A DNA stretch of 64,000 nucleotides from Callorhinchus milii. Taxonomy: Eukaryota. Location: contig NW_024704743.1 in assembly GCF_018977255.1 (NCBI RefSeq), positions 39,868,001-39,932,000 of the forward strand. Direction: 5' to 3'. The notes under the pieces were generated by a model. It worked only from the letters and a program-made list of their open reading frames with translations. It made no database searches and was not told where the DNA came from. Shown here one piece after another: positions 51,411-64,000 of this stretch; position 1 is the stretch's first letter; each line of letters begins with the position of its first letter. The translations under genes and the position numbers were made by a program.

Positions 51411-51914
51411 ATTATAAGTGGGATTGTGAAAGTAAACCCAGAACAATACTTTTGGATACACCAAGGCAGCAGAAGCAAAAGGACATAGGTCAAAGGCTGC
51501 AAAGGACATTTTTAAGAGAGACACCTGTCCATATTGATTTACTTGTTGTTGTTGTTGTTGTTGCTTTAAATTTGTTTGGTTGACCATGCTTTCAGTCACT
51601 ATACCCCAAAACTATGAAACTTTCAGCCTCAATCGCTTTGCCTTTCCCCCTCTTTGAGACATTCCTCTCTCACAGATCAACCCAAACAACAGAGTACTCA
51701 CCACTTGCAGCTAGCACTTCAGTATTAGCAGAACATAGTACAGGTACCGGGAAATATATATTTTACCCAGAGGGTAGTTGGTAACTGAAACAGGTTACCA
51801 GGTAGAGTTGTTGAACCAGGATGCTGGAGGCATTTAAAACACAGCTTGATGCTGCAGCGGGAAGATGTACACCTGAAATGGGTCACCTACCTCACACAGA
51901 GAATATAGTATTAC

Positions 51915-51994
51915 CTCAACAGGAATGTGATAAGTGAGACAAAAGTCAGGTTGCAAACTTTGGAGGCTATTATATTCCCTTAGTATTTTTTGTA
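51915..51994 (-). pseudogene. Candidate exon (80 nt, phase 1 to 0)
   Basis: Acceptor tgcttcag (weak pyrimidine tract), donor GAG|gtaata. Encodes QKILREYNSLQSLQPDFCLTYHIPVE. Confidence 0.45.
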
Positions 51995-52329
51995 CTGAAG
52001 CATCATTTCGATTAAATAGGTGCAGATGATAAAGAGATGTGATAGAGAATGTGTTCATGATAAATAATAATTCTTGGATTTATTATTACTCTTTATCAAG
52101 CTGTTGAGATGTGCAAAAGTGCTTCACAGGATTTACTGTAAAGTCCAGTGACTCCATTTGTAGACAAATACGACAGCCAATTTGTGCAAAGCAATGTCCT
52201 GCAAACAGCCGTCAAGTGTATGACCATTATATCCAGAGGACGTTTAGCCAGGATACCAGGAGAAACTCCCTTCTCTTTTTGAATATTGCCATAGGATCTT
52301 TAATATCCAAATGAACAGGCAGACACAGG

Positions 52330-53088
52330 CATAGAATCATAGAATCATAGAATCGTACAGAACAAAAAGAGGCCATTCGGCCCATCGAGTTTGTGCTGGC
52401 TCTTTGAATAGAGCAATTAATGTCAATCCCACTCCCCAGCCCTTTACCCATAGCTCTGTAAACCCGTCCTCCTCAAATACCTGTCCACCACGTTTTTAAA
52501 AGTTGTTATCGAATTGGCCTCGACCACCTTTTCAGGCAATGCGTTCCAGATTCGAACAACTACCTGCGCGAAAAAATTTCTTCTCACCTCCCCTCGGCTT
52601 CTTTTAGAGACTATTTTGAATCTGTGACCTCGAGTCAATGACACACCCACCAGTGGAAACAGTTTTTCGCTTTCTAACCTATCAAATCCCCTCATGATTT
52701 TGAAGACCTCTATTAGGTCTCCTCGTAACCTTCTCTTCGCCAATGAGAATAATCCCGGCCTCTCGAGCCTTTCCTCATAATCAAGGTCTCTCATTCCTGG
52801 TACCATCCTCGTAAATCTCCTCTGCACCCTTTCCAATGCCTTAACATCCTTCCTATAGTGTGGTGCCCAGAACTTGGCACAATATTCTAACTGAGGCCTA
52901 ACCAGTGTTTTATATAGGTTAATCATAACCTCCTGACTCTTGTACGCTATGCCCCTATTTATAAAGCCTAGTATCCCATATGCCCTTTTTACAGCTTTAT
53001 TTACCTGTCCTGTCACCTTCAAGGATTCATTTACCTGAACCCCCAGGTCTCTCTGTTCTTTTACCCCCCTAATCTTGGTTAAATGTTT
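52330..53088 (-). mobile_element. Young CR1 LINE 3' fragment inserted into a Deu-type SINE
   Basis: Uninterrupted 215-aa ORF2 C-terminus (LYKTLVRPQLEYC...LERVQRRFTRM...RRLRGDLIEVFKI...TRGH...FFAQVVVRIWNALP) and (ATTCTATG)n terminal microsatellite. The SINE halves continue on both sides. Confidence 0.95.
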
Positions 53089-54474
53089 CATCCATAGGAC
53101 ACCACTTCTGACAACGCAGTATACCTCACCACTGCATTCAGGTGTCAGCCCAGACTAAGCTTCCTGATGTAAGGTTTGAACCTCCAACCTTCTAACTCAA
53201 TAGTTTGTAGCCAAATTTCTGGTTCCAACTGATAAATATGTAAGGGAAAAAATTGTGACCCGGGTTCTTTGTTGAGTCTGTTCAGAATTAAGCTAATATC
53301 TTGCTAACTGGAGGTGCAATGCCTCATGCTCCACAGCCAGTTTCACATTGTCATTGAGTCCAGGGGAGAAGGCATCTGTGGGACAGGCAATAAATGAAGA
53401 CATAAACAGTTTTCAATCATGTGTTAATTATCCCCAGTGTTATGTAACACATCATAATTAACACATCATGTCACAATTTTCATCCCATAAATTTAAATGC
53501 ATTTGAACACTTACAGATAAATTCTACAATGTTCCGATTATCTAGCACACTTTAAGAAAGAATTGCACACATAAGGGTGAAAAAATTGGTTGCTTTTGAT
53601 ATAGTGCTTTTTACATTGGGAGGATGTCTCACAGCATTTTCACAGGATTTATTGGGATTTACTGTAAAGTGTGCAGCGACTGTGTATTTGTAGACAAACA
53701 CCACAGCCAGGTTGTGCACAGCAATGTCCCACAAACAACAATGAAGAGAATGATCAATTTTATCCTCTCTGCTGATTGTAATGATCCTATGCAAAATGAG
53801 GTGTCTCAGCACAATTCAGGCATCCAAATTCTGCAGGGGAAAAACAGTCAGATAAAAAAATTGAACTAACGTGTCGAATCATGCCTCAATAATAAAATGA
53901 ATAAAAATATAGCCTCATTTGAATAACGTAGAGCTGGTTTTAGCCAACAATGCGCAGGTGATTTCCATGTTCTATTGCAATAAATAGCTTTTGCACTTAG
54001 AGTAAAAGTGATAATCCGTTAACAATAAAATAGGAGTGATTTATTGAAGACCTGCAAATATATTGACCTTTAGAGGATTATATAAAGTGTTTCATGTTGT
54101 TAAGAGTACAATCTGATAATAATGTAGGATGTTTTGGTGATGTACTCTCCTTCTTTATCACTCTCTGCAATTGTCGGTGAAGCATAATGGGGAAAATGTC
54201 AATTTATGGATGGTTGTACTTGAATTCTATTGACAAATTAATGTTCACTCTCCTCCAAATTGTATTCTAAATACATGAATGGGAGACCGTTAATCATTAT
54301 TGATTTAGTATAGAGAATCTAAAATAACCTGAACATTGTTACAGTAAATATCACTTCACCTGTTACTTTCTAGAAGAAAATAGTTGCATTCAATTAGCGT
54401 AGATAAAGGTCCCTGCAATGTAATGCAGTCAAGTAACCCAGTAAAATGTTGGTACTGCTTGAAGCATACAATAA

Positions 54475-54832
54475 TCATAATAATACTAATCCTTGCATTT
54501 GATAAAGCGCCTTATCGTCTCATTGAGATGTCTCAAAGCACTTCACAGAATATATTATAAAATCAATTGATTGTGTATTTTGTTGGCGAAACACGGCAGC
54601 CAATTGTGCACAGCAGTGTCTCACAGTCATGGATTCAGTGACCACATTTTTTTGAGGGAATATTACCCCCAGAAAGGGATCTGCCAATTGGCTAACAACC
54701 AGTCCCTACTTACTGCTAGGTAAACAGAGGTGTGTGGAGTAAGGAAACTTGCCTAAGGCTTTGCTCCAGCTGGAAATCAAACTCAGGTCTTCTCATTTGA
54801 TAGGCAAGTGATAACGACTAAACTATGGGACT
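54475..54832 (-). mobile_element. Full-length long-variant SINE
   Basis: Same head, body and tail as 21542. Confidence 0.85.
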
Positions 54833-56361
54833 CCATAATAGAATGCTAGTGGGCATATCTCATCTCATCCATTTCTGGATAGAGCATTAGAACTTCAGCA
54901 AAAATATCATCCATATTACAGAATATTTTTAACTGATTGAATAAGGATTTTAGCAACATTTGTGTACAATCAACTACTCTTTAGAATTCTTAGGTGAGAT
55001 TAGTCGAACAGTGTTTAATCCAAATTGTATCTTGCCTTAAAGGGAGGGCATCTCTTCCATTCAGCTTTCATGCTTGATGAAATCTCCTTTGCTTTTGACT
55101 CTTTGTGAGGTTTTATAAATTAAAAAAGGCACTGGTTCTTCCCCTGTGGCCAACCCCTGCATTACGGGAGGTAGATAGTTTAGACTAAAGGTTGTATGAA
55201 TGTCTGCCAATGCCAATATTGGCACCAGTGCCAGTGGGATTGAAATAGAAAGGTTATGTAGGATGCTATTCTGGTATCAAATGACTGATATCTCAGCAGG
55301 TTTCTGGGGCAGTGAATCACGTGGGATAAGTTGTTAGAGAATATTGCTGCTTGGAGTGCCGTGTCTGCAGTGAAAATATTGTCATTATGTGTTACAAGTG
55401 TTTGATACAGACAATATCTGCAATATTATGTAAATTGAGCAGAATCTACAATAATGCAAATTATACATGTTCATTTGTGAGCTTTGTACATGATCATATC
55501 ATATCCACTTAATGTATTGACTTGAGATTGAGAAGATTTAATTTAGGCAGAACAAAGGAATGGCCCATTGAAAGTGGAAAAAAGGATTTAGTCAGTTCTC
55601 ATTAAAGGGAATTCACTGTGTATTTGTGGGCGAAACCAGCAGCCAATTGCGCACTGCAATGTCCCACAAACAGTTGTGTGACAATAGGACTGGGAGTCTT
55701 TAATATTGGATGCATAGAATATTCAGTTACTATTTCAGTGGGGTATTCTTAATCTGCTGTTATAATACTTTGCGGAATAGAAATATTCTATTTGCCCAAC
55801 AGAATCAATATTATATGATTAGCTCAAAGTTTTTACACCCGTTTTAGTTTCACATGTGATATCCTGGTGTAGAACATACAGTATTTATCACTAAATGATT
55901 CGAGGACATAGTTAAGTGCCTTGAAGCACTATATTGATAAGCCATCTACTTCAGATAACCTTTTCTTGATTTTGACACCATCTGGTATGTTTTTTATAAT
56001 TTCAGATGACAGTTAATGTCAAAACATTTCTTCCCGGCAAGATGATGTTACTAATTTCATCTCACAGCCTTCAGAAGCATCAATACAATGAATGAAATTG
56101 CAGAGATCAAATGCAAAAATTATAATTTATCAAGCAGTGAGGTTTTCCAAAAGATTTTATGGCACTCGAGAAAAATGCAGCTTCATCCATAATGTATGGG
56201 AGGCAGTAAACTGAGAGAACAGGATGTATTCCTGGAGCCTGGCACACCATTTGTCTGAAAGACTGAATGTCCTTCACGTAATATTGTGGGTTTAAAGACT
56301 CTCTACGAACCGCACAAATTATAGAATTGTTGATCTCCATTAAGCAGTGACCCTCTCTTAC

Positions 56362-56431
56362 CTATAGTTCCAATGGGTTCATGCATGCAGCAGTCTGCAT
56401 TCAAAAGTGACCTTGTAATTAGCCAGTCAAG
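56362..56431 (-). pseudogene. Candidate exon (70 nt, phase 0 to 1) of an unidentified minus-strand gene
   Basis: Acceptor ttcttcatcaactctgttcag, donor TAG|gtaaga. Only one open frame: LDWLITRSLLNADCCMHEPIGTI. Phase-compatible with 51994-51915. Confidence 0.4.
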
Positions 56432-58009
56432 CTGAACAGAGTTGATGAAGAACAAGTATCCTTGTGCATCAATCTTTACCTTCTATATGTTAACCTGATA
56501 TACTCCTTGCAATTGTAAAAGGCTAAGGCTTGTACTGAATGCATTGGTTACAACATATCGAAATGAAAAAAATAAAAAAAATACTTGCAAGGTCCACACA
56601 ATTCATCAAAATAAATTTGGGAAGAAATGCAATTTGTATTCATAAATATACAGGCTGAGAAGTGGAGATTTGCACAATACAAATCATGTCTGTGACACTA
56701 GAAACAATATACCAGAGGCTTATTTCTGCTGCACACTCAGCCCACAGAATGCTTTACAGTGCCAGAGAGTTTCAGAAAGTCTCAAACCATAGTGTGAACT
56801 CTTGACCCTCAGTATGATGAAAGGGTTGTGCAAGGTAACTCCCCTGTAAACTGATGGAAATCCTGCATTTTGGGAGGAAAGGAGACTAATATGGCTCTTG
56901 GAAAACAAATACTTGGAAGCATAAATATTTTTTCACATAACCGAACTAAAATGAATCCCCCATGGAACAGCTACAACAAATGTTGGTGGTAGTAATTTTC
57001 AGGAAGCAGGTAGAAAGGCTTAGATGGAAACATCTTAGTAAACGGTGATAATAAATAAACTAATCATTTGATACAGTGCTTTATCAGAGTGAAACGTTAC
57101 ATACCTCAGAATTTTCATGTAAAGTGTAGTAACTGATTTTTTAATAGGCAAAATGACAGCCAACTTCCATTGTAATGTTCCACAAACTGCTATGAAGTGA
57201 ATGATAATTTTTTAAAAAATCTGTGGACGGCACCTGAAGAAACTATGATTTATTTTCGAATGGGGCCATAGGCTCTTTAACATCTACCTAAGAAGCCAGA
57301 GGTGGGTTTGATTTAATGTCTCACCTGAAGGACAGCAATTCCGACATTGCAGCTTTCTTCCACTGCTGCTTTGGAGTTCCAGTGCAAACTAAGTGGAATT
57401 TGATCTCACAGCCTTCTGACTCAGAGGTAAGAGTGGGCTAAGGGTGAGAATTGAACCAAACTGACTCCACTGTGTGATAGGATGAGAGAAGAAATAACAG
57501 ATTGATCCCTCAAATCAGATCATTGATAGTCTGGGAAGGTTATCTTCCTGAATGACTGCTCCTTGGAGGATTTGGGGAGAATCTTAACAATAATAATAAT
57601 AATAATCCTTGCATTTGATGTAGCGCTTTTCACGTCTTCTACACGTCCCAAAGCGCTTCACAGAATATACTGTAAAGTGACTTGACTGTATATTTGTGGG
57701 TGAACGCGGCAGCCAATTGGGCACAGCAATGTCGCACTAACAGTCATGGATTGAAAAATGACCAATTTATTATTATTTCGGTTTTTTTGAGGGATTATTA
57801 TTAGGCGTGTGGAGTAAGGAATTTTTGGTTTTGGTGGTATATCCGTGTAACTACCGAAGATTGGGACACAAAATCTAATTTCTATCTTTTTCCAGGGATT
57901 CTGTAAATTTGAACAAAGAAAATCTGGTAGCTCAAAGTTTGAAGATACCATTAAAGTGCTATTTAATTCCAGGCCAGAAAACTTCACGATCCCTTCTTAC
58001 GAGGGCAGT

Positions 58010-58345
58010 GAAGCCAAAGCCCTCATGGGTCGGCTGACCCTAGCTGGCCATGCAGTGGGGAAGCTTGCTGGACAGCAAAATTAATGACAAGCTATGCAAT
58101 TTTAGCTGTTTAGATACTAGCAGCAACACACCCTCTGGGAACCCCAAGCCTTGGCTCTTGCCAACCTGCGCCTAATACTTTTTGGAATTAGGTAAGCAGG
58201 ATGCATCCCTCCAGGAGAGAGTGAGCATTCCATTCCAATAATCTATCTCTGTGATTTCCACCTGTAGGTGGGATGCATGGAAATCTCAGCTTGGCTTGAA
58301 TGCTCTTTAGCATGGTGAGGTGTGTTAGACACCCAACTGACCCAA
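58010..58345 (+). mobile_element. Third copy (3' body) of the long unassigned SINE
   Basis: ccccaagccttggctcttgccaacctgcgcctaatactt...ttccattccaataatctatctctg...tgtaggtgggatgcatggaa matches 25080-25225. Confidence 0.75.
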
Positions 58346-59919
58346 AAAAAATCCCTTCTTGTTCCAAGACTATTCTAACAATAATTGATCTTGCTTAAAA
58401 TAAAGCTTATAATGGTCATCTTTAGATGGAAACAAATGCATCTTAAGATTTCTCAAACTAAAATTATGGAATGCGTGAACATTCAGTTTACAAGCATTGA
58501 CTGAACGAAAGTGCGAAAGGAGTAACCAATAAACCATAGAGGATACTGTGTCATCTAGATGACAATGTATTGGTGGATTGCTCTGATAATCATAAACTTC
58601 TCAGTTCACAGAGCAGAGGTGTCAAAGTTATCCAGGAATCCCATGGCTGAGTGATCGCTTGTGCTGCTTTGACAACTGTATGACAATATTGATAAAATAG
58701 GTCAGTGAAGAGGAATCCATCAAGTCAGATTTGTAGAGAGAAACTTTCATTAAAATTAAAGTGATGCCACACAGTAAAGGATGAAAACAGTGGTAGCTGT
58801 GCACTGTATTGCTTTGATTTTAGGTAGGTATGATAAAGTCTTTTGTTGAATCCTCTGTGATTCTGATGTATTCTTATTGTTAACAAAATTTTGCAATTAT
58901 ACAGCTCCTTTTATGTAAAAATAAATATCTCAAAGAGCTTTACAAAATATAATAGTAATACTGAGTAGTACATGCATTTGCTATAGCATCTTATCACATT
59001 GAAAGGTCTCAGTGCTTCACAGAATTTTTTTCCTTGTAGTGTAATGATTGTGTTTGTAGGTAAATACAACAACAATTTACACACAGCATTGTCCCACATC
59101 AGCCATCTGCGGGGTTGTTGGCCAGGAAACCAGAACAAACTGCCTTCTGTTTTGAAATCACGCCACTGAATCTTCAGCTTCCATCTGAACCAACAAATGG
59201 GATCTTGCTTTATTATCTGATCCGAAGCACAGCTCCTCTGACAATGGTGTATCAGCCTAAACTATGAGCTCAACTTTCTGACTCAGAGGTGAGAGTGCTA
59301 TCAGCTGAGACCAGGGTGACTCCTACACTACTTTAGATAAGATGTGAAAGTGAATGTTTTTCAACTATCATTTGAGTTTACGATAATTATTGCAATATAT
59401 ATATGTTGAGCAAACAGAAAGCAACAGAATGGAAAGAAATGAATTATTTAGTTAATGTTTCTATGTCTGTGTCATTATTGTTTGACTTCAATTTAGAACC
59501 AATCATCTAGTACCTGAAAAAAATGAAAAATAATGTGTTCTACACTGTATTGAAACTCTTCCTCATAATATTTACAACTTCAAAATGTAATCGCCGTCAT
59601 GCAGAAGAGAACAGAAACAGTATGTAATATGCTTGATTTTACTTGCCAGAGTTGGTTTATTTAAGGTATAATGAACTTAGTAATGCCTCTGTAAATCTAG
59701 TATGACAGGACTAATAAACAGATACAGTTGTGAAGTGGTAAATTCCCTAGTAATGGCTACAAAGTCAATATATAAGAATTTAAATGGGAGAACTTCCACA
59801 TGAGTCTAGACTTTTTCTATTTTACAGTATTAGCATTTCAGAGTGTGCAGATTTTGACAAATTCTTAAATTCAGTATTCATTTCTAAGTTGTTCATTGTA
59901 GCCCTTTTGAAAACCTACA

Positions 59920-60514
59920 GAACAACAGCAACAACAAAATTACATTTCTAAAGTGCCTTTCATGTCAGGAGGACGTGCCAAGGCACTGAACAGTCAGGGA
60001 TCAGGACCCGAGTGTGAGGTGGGGAGGGCAGGGTTGGGATGAGGGAGGGCAGAATGGGTAGGAGGGTAGGTGAAGGCACGGTCAAAAAGGAGGGACTTGA
60101 GTCGTGCCTTCAAGGAGGCGAGAGAGGGAGAAAGGCAAAGGGATTGAGGGTTGGAGTTCCAAAGAGTGGGGCAGAGAGGCTGAAAGCCTGGCCGCCGATG
60201 GTAGGGCGGGTCGGGAGGGAGACCAGGAGCAGGCTATGGGCAAGCAAGGACAGTTGGAGGTCAAACAAGATGCCCAGATTCCTATCTGGCTTGGTGAGGT
60301 GGACTGTGCAACGTGGATGCTGATGCTGCCAGTACCTGAGGTGCTGAGGCGCTGGCGCGAGCCAATCAGTAGGGCCTTGGTTGTGCTGACATTCAGCTGT
60401 AGAAAGTTGGCTCATGCAGGACTTGATGTCTGACAGACAGTCTGTCAGGGCGTTAGTTGTCCTGGAATCGAAGGTGGAGGCAGAGAGATAGAGTTGGCTG
60501 TCATCCGCATACAT
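59920..60514 (-). mobile_element. L2 LINE fragment with a large internal deletion
   Basis: MYADDSQLYLS RT motif joined directly to 3'-terminal sequence; L2 tail. Confidence 0.9.
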
Positions 60515-60774
60515 ACCTTAAAGAAAAAAATCATCGTGGTGGAAGGATTCAAATCCCATAATTTGAGCTTCAAAGCCTTTTGTCGCTCTTCAGACTCCCA
60601 TCATTGTGTTTCAAATCCAGAGGGGGAGAGCAACCCTGGAGCAGCTGTCTAGCTTCCTCCACTCATGTAGAGTAACCAAACGTGATCGGTGCTATCACAA
60701 CCGCAAAAACATTGACCAGCATCCCCTCTGCAAAGTGCCCCATTATAAGAGGATTAACCAAAACATCAACAATA

Positions 60775-61090
60775 CCAACAAAATTACATTTGTATAATGC
60801 CTTTTACATCGGGAGGATGTCCCAAGGCGCTGCACCTTGGGAGTGTTTCGGAACCGAGCTGGGGGTCGGGATCAGCGAGGAAGAAGGAGGGTGATCGAAG
60901 GCAAGGTCGAAGAGGAGGGGCTTGAGACAGGTCTTGAAGGAGTCAAGGGAGGGGGCGAGGCAGAGGGACTGTGGGATGGAATTCCACAGGGTGGGGTCAG
61001 AGTGGCTGAAGGCCCACCCACCAAAGGTGGAGTGGGCGAGGAGGGTGAAGTGAAGCAGGCCGGAGCACACTAAGCGGAGGGAATGGGTAG
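60775..61090 (-). mobile_element. L2 LINE 3' end
   Basis: AFSHSDPTLWNSIPQSL...FKTCLKPLLF and L2 tail. Confidence 0.9.
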
Positions 61091-61814
61091 GTTCACTTCA
61101 TGAATTCCGAATAACCAGGCAATCTTGCAATTCAGCTACCCTTGAAAATCACCTGTCATAAATGATGCACTGGCAAGAATACTTAGATTGAATAGAATGG
61201 CAGATGTGAATTCATTCAGAAACACTTGAGAAGTCTACTATTCACCTGATTTCTTTTTATAAACTCACTTGAACTCCAAAATATAGAAACCTGAGAAAAA
61301 GCAAAACAGCAACAATAACTTGCATTTATATATCACCCTTCATTTCTTGGTGTGCTGCACAATGGCATGGTTGGACACAGAGCAAGGGAGAGGGTGGAGT
61401 GGACTGTGACGAAGAGGTCTTAAAGTGAGATTTAAAGATATATAAAGAGAGCGAGAGGGGGGAGGCAGGGATTTCCAGAGGTTAGGGTGTACAAGCTGAT
61501 GGCATGATTAATGAAAGTGATGCAGAATGATCAGGGGATACACAGCAGGCATTTGCCCACTGAACGAAGGAAACGAGCAGAAGAGTGTGCTTCAAGCAGG
61601 TTAGAGAGGTAGGGAGTACGAGTGCATGAATGGATGAAATAAACTCACCAAATTGTTTCTTTTGGGTAACAAATCATACTTTTATCTTATGGATTACAGC
61701 ATTAAATTTGTATTCTAATGTCCCTACTACTACAATATAACTAGCCGTTCCTTCTATGCTTTTTAATGGTCTCTCTTGTTGCTATGCCCACTACTTGGTT
61801 TAAAATACAGTATA

Positions 61815-62189
61815 TAATAATAAACCTTGCATTTGATACAGAGTCTTATCACATTATTGAGACAACTCAAAGCGCTTTACAGAATATACTGTAAAGTGAA
61901 TTAACTCTATATTTTGTGGGCAAAACATGGCAGCCAATTGCGCGCAGCAGTGTCCCACAAACTGCAGTGGATTGAGTGACCAAATTATTATTTTTTTGAA
62001 TGGATTATTGCCCCCAGAAAGGGATCTGCCAATCGATTAACAATCGGTTCCTACTTATTGTTAGTTAAGGTTAGGTATTGTTGTCATGTGGACTAAGGAA
62101 ACTTGCCTAAGGTTTCACCCTGCCCGGGAATCAAACCGGGGTTCATTCTCTTGAGAGTCGAGTGCTCTAACCAATAAACTATAAGACTC
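61815..62189 (-). mobile_element. Full-length long-variant SINE
   Basis: Same head, body and tail. Confidence 0.85.
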
Positions 62190-62824
62190 CAATTTGTCAG
62201 GATGTGGTACGTGGCTGTGATATTTATCATCAGCGATAGTTATCACATAATAGGATATTCTACTCCAGAACCTTCCCTGTTCGATAACAGCAGTGGGGTA
62301 CACTCCTGGCTGTTCAAATATTTTCACCCAAAAGCTATTGATCGTGCCACAACATGGATCTCAGGAGTTTAATGCTGCCATTAGCTTTACTCAACTTTTA
62401 AAGCTGTTTCCCCTCAGTAGTTTATCACTGGGACACCTCCAGGATCAAATTGCCCCACAATGTGATAATTTTCACCAATGGTCATTATCAAAGCGCATAC
62501 TGCATTTCTAGTCCCTGCAATTTTAGTTGCTGCTGTATAACCTTTCTCATTTTCACTTCCAATATTAATAGAATAGAGTGGAACGAAAAATGTGACGTTC
62601 CATAACAGATTAATTATCACATTGATTCTGGCAGAATTTAAGTCTATAATTATCGACCAGTTTTGGGATTGAATTCATCTGACTTCAGCACAAAATTTAC
62701 AATCTCTTTATAAAGTAGTTGGGTCACCATCTTTGTATATCCATTCAGTGGCAGCAGGTCAAGAATACATGTTACCATCCAAAAGCAGTATTTAACCTAT
62801 CTTGTTCGACTTTGCACTCTACCA

Positions 62825-63330
62825 TCTTCATTAGCTTGGTGTCATCTGCAAACGTAGCCACTTGTGCTTGTGACCCCTAGTTCCAGATCATTTATAAAAA
62901 ATATTAAACCAAAGAGGTCCCAAAATAGACCCTTGTGAAATTCTACTGGTAACATTCCCTCAGTCTGATGACATTCTCTGAACCACCACTTCAGGATTCT
63001 TGCGATTGTAAAATATCTCCACTGATTCCTGCTTTCTTTACTTTCAGTACCAGCCTTTCAAGAGAAACCGTATCAAAGGCCTTACTGAAATCCAGATATA
63101 CAATATCCACAACCTTACCCTTGTCAAGCTTCATTGTCACACCGTCAAAGAAAACCGGTAAATTAGATTGGCAAGACTTACCCTTCATGAATCTGTATTG
63201 GCTATCATTTATTATTTTATTTCTGGCAGTGTGCTCCATGATTTTATCCTTAATAAGAATCTCTATAATTTTACCCATAATGGATATCAAACTTAGTGGT
63301 CTATAGTTTCCTGGGTCACATTTGTTACCT
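62825..63330 (-). mobile_element. CR1 LINE RT fragment
   Basis: QYRFMKGKSCQSNL...VDIVYLDFSKAFDTV and downstream FADDTKL. Confidence 0.9.
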
Positions 63331-64000
63331 CAATACTTTCTCAAGTCGCCTGTGCGTGTTGCAACATAATATTGTGGTCACTTAATCCATAACTGTTCGT
63401 GGGACACTGTTGTGCACAACTGGCTGCTGGTTATCGGCCAGAAAATATACAGTCACTACATTTTACAGTATATTCTACGAAGCGCTTTGAGACGTTTCAA
63501 AAACATGATAAAGCTATATCGAAAGCAAGGATTATTACTATTATTGTGATTAACTCCCACTTCACAAAATACCAATTGAGCTAAACTGTTATATATATAT
63601 ACAAAAGGATATACAGCCTCCACCATCTGGACCTGGAAGGGAGTTTCTCCCAATGTCCCAGCCAACAATCCCCGAATAAAATTGGTCATTCACTCGATGA
63701 TCGTTTGTGGAACATTGCAATGTGAAAATTATCTGCTGCATTCACCCACAAAGCACACAGTCACTATATTTTACACTGTAACTTTGGAAGCACTTTCAGC
63801 TATTCTTTAGCCACGAAAGGCACTATACCAAATGTAAGGATTATTATTATGATTATTATCTTTGAGCTTAACCATTGGACCAAAGTTGGTAGTTGTTCAG
63901 ATCCAAGCCCAGTTGATAACCATCAATAAATTCCTGCTGTTTACCAGATTTGAATGCCAAACACAAATTAAGGACTGGAGCAAGTTACCCAGAAGGATGA

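Noticed and set aside
58549..58564. Perfect 16-bp palindrome tgtcatctagatgaca
   Set aside because: A palindrome with 8-bp arms is expected about once per 64 kb by chance, and there is no supporting context.

Overview
Vertebrate genomic DNA, AT-rich and repeat-dense. The repeat complement (tRNA/CORE-like/Deu SINEs, L2 and CR1 LINEs, Penelope-type terminal repeats, LF-SINE- and AmnSINE2-like relics) points to a cartilaginous fish, most like a holocephalan/chimaera (inference). I cannot see an intact protein-coding gene. Main non-repeat content: (1) about 10 minus-strand exon-like segments with canonical splice sites, running from about 56.4 kb down to about 12-16 kb. Several join in compatible phases into a protein I cannot name, and several carry nonsense or frameshift lesions, so this looks like a decaying, non-processed pseudogene. 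(2) An intronless, 5'-truncated anillin (ANLN) PH-domain retrocopy inside one of its introns, with CpG-type decay at conserved residues. Also present: two Penelope-type terminal fragments with minimal hammerhead-ribozyme motifs and target-site duplications; a 3' stem-loop shared by SINEs and L2, with variable 5-nt loops; a long tRNA-headed SINE I cannot assign; a locally templated insertion; and several enhancer-like non-repeat segments. Nearly all long ORFs in the supplied track are LINE or SINE fragments. Repeat family names come from recalled consensus sequences, and repeat boundaries are approximate.
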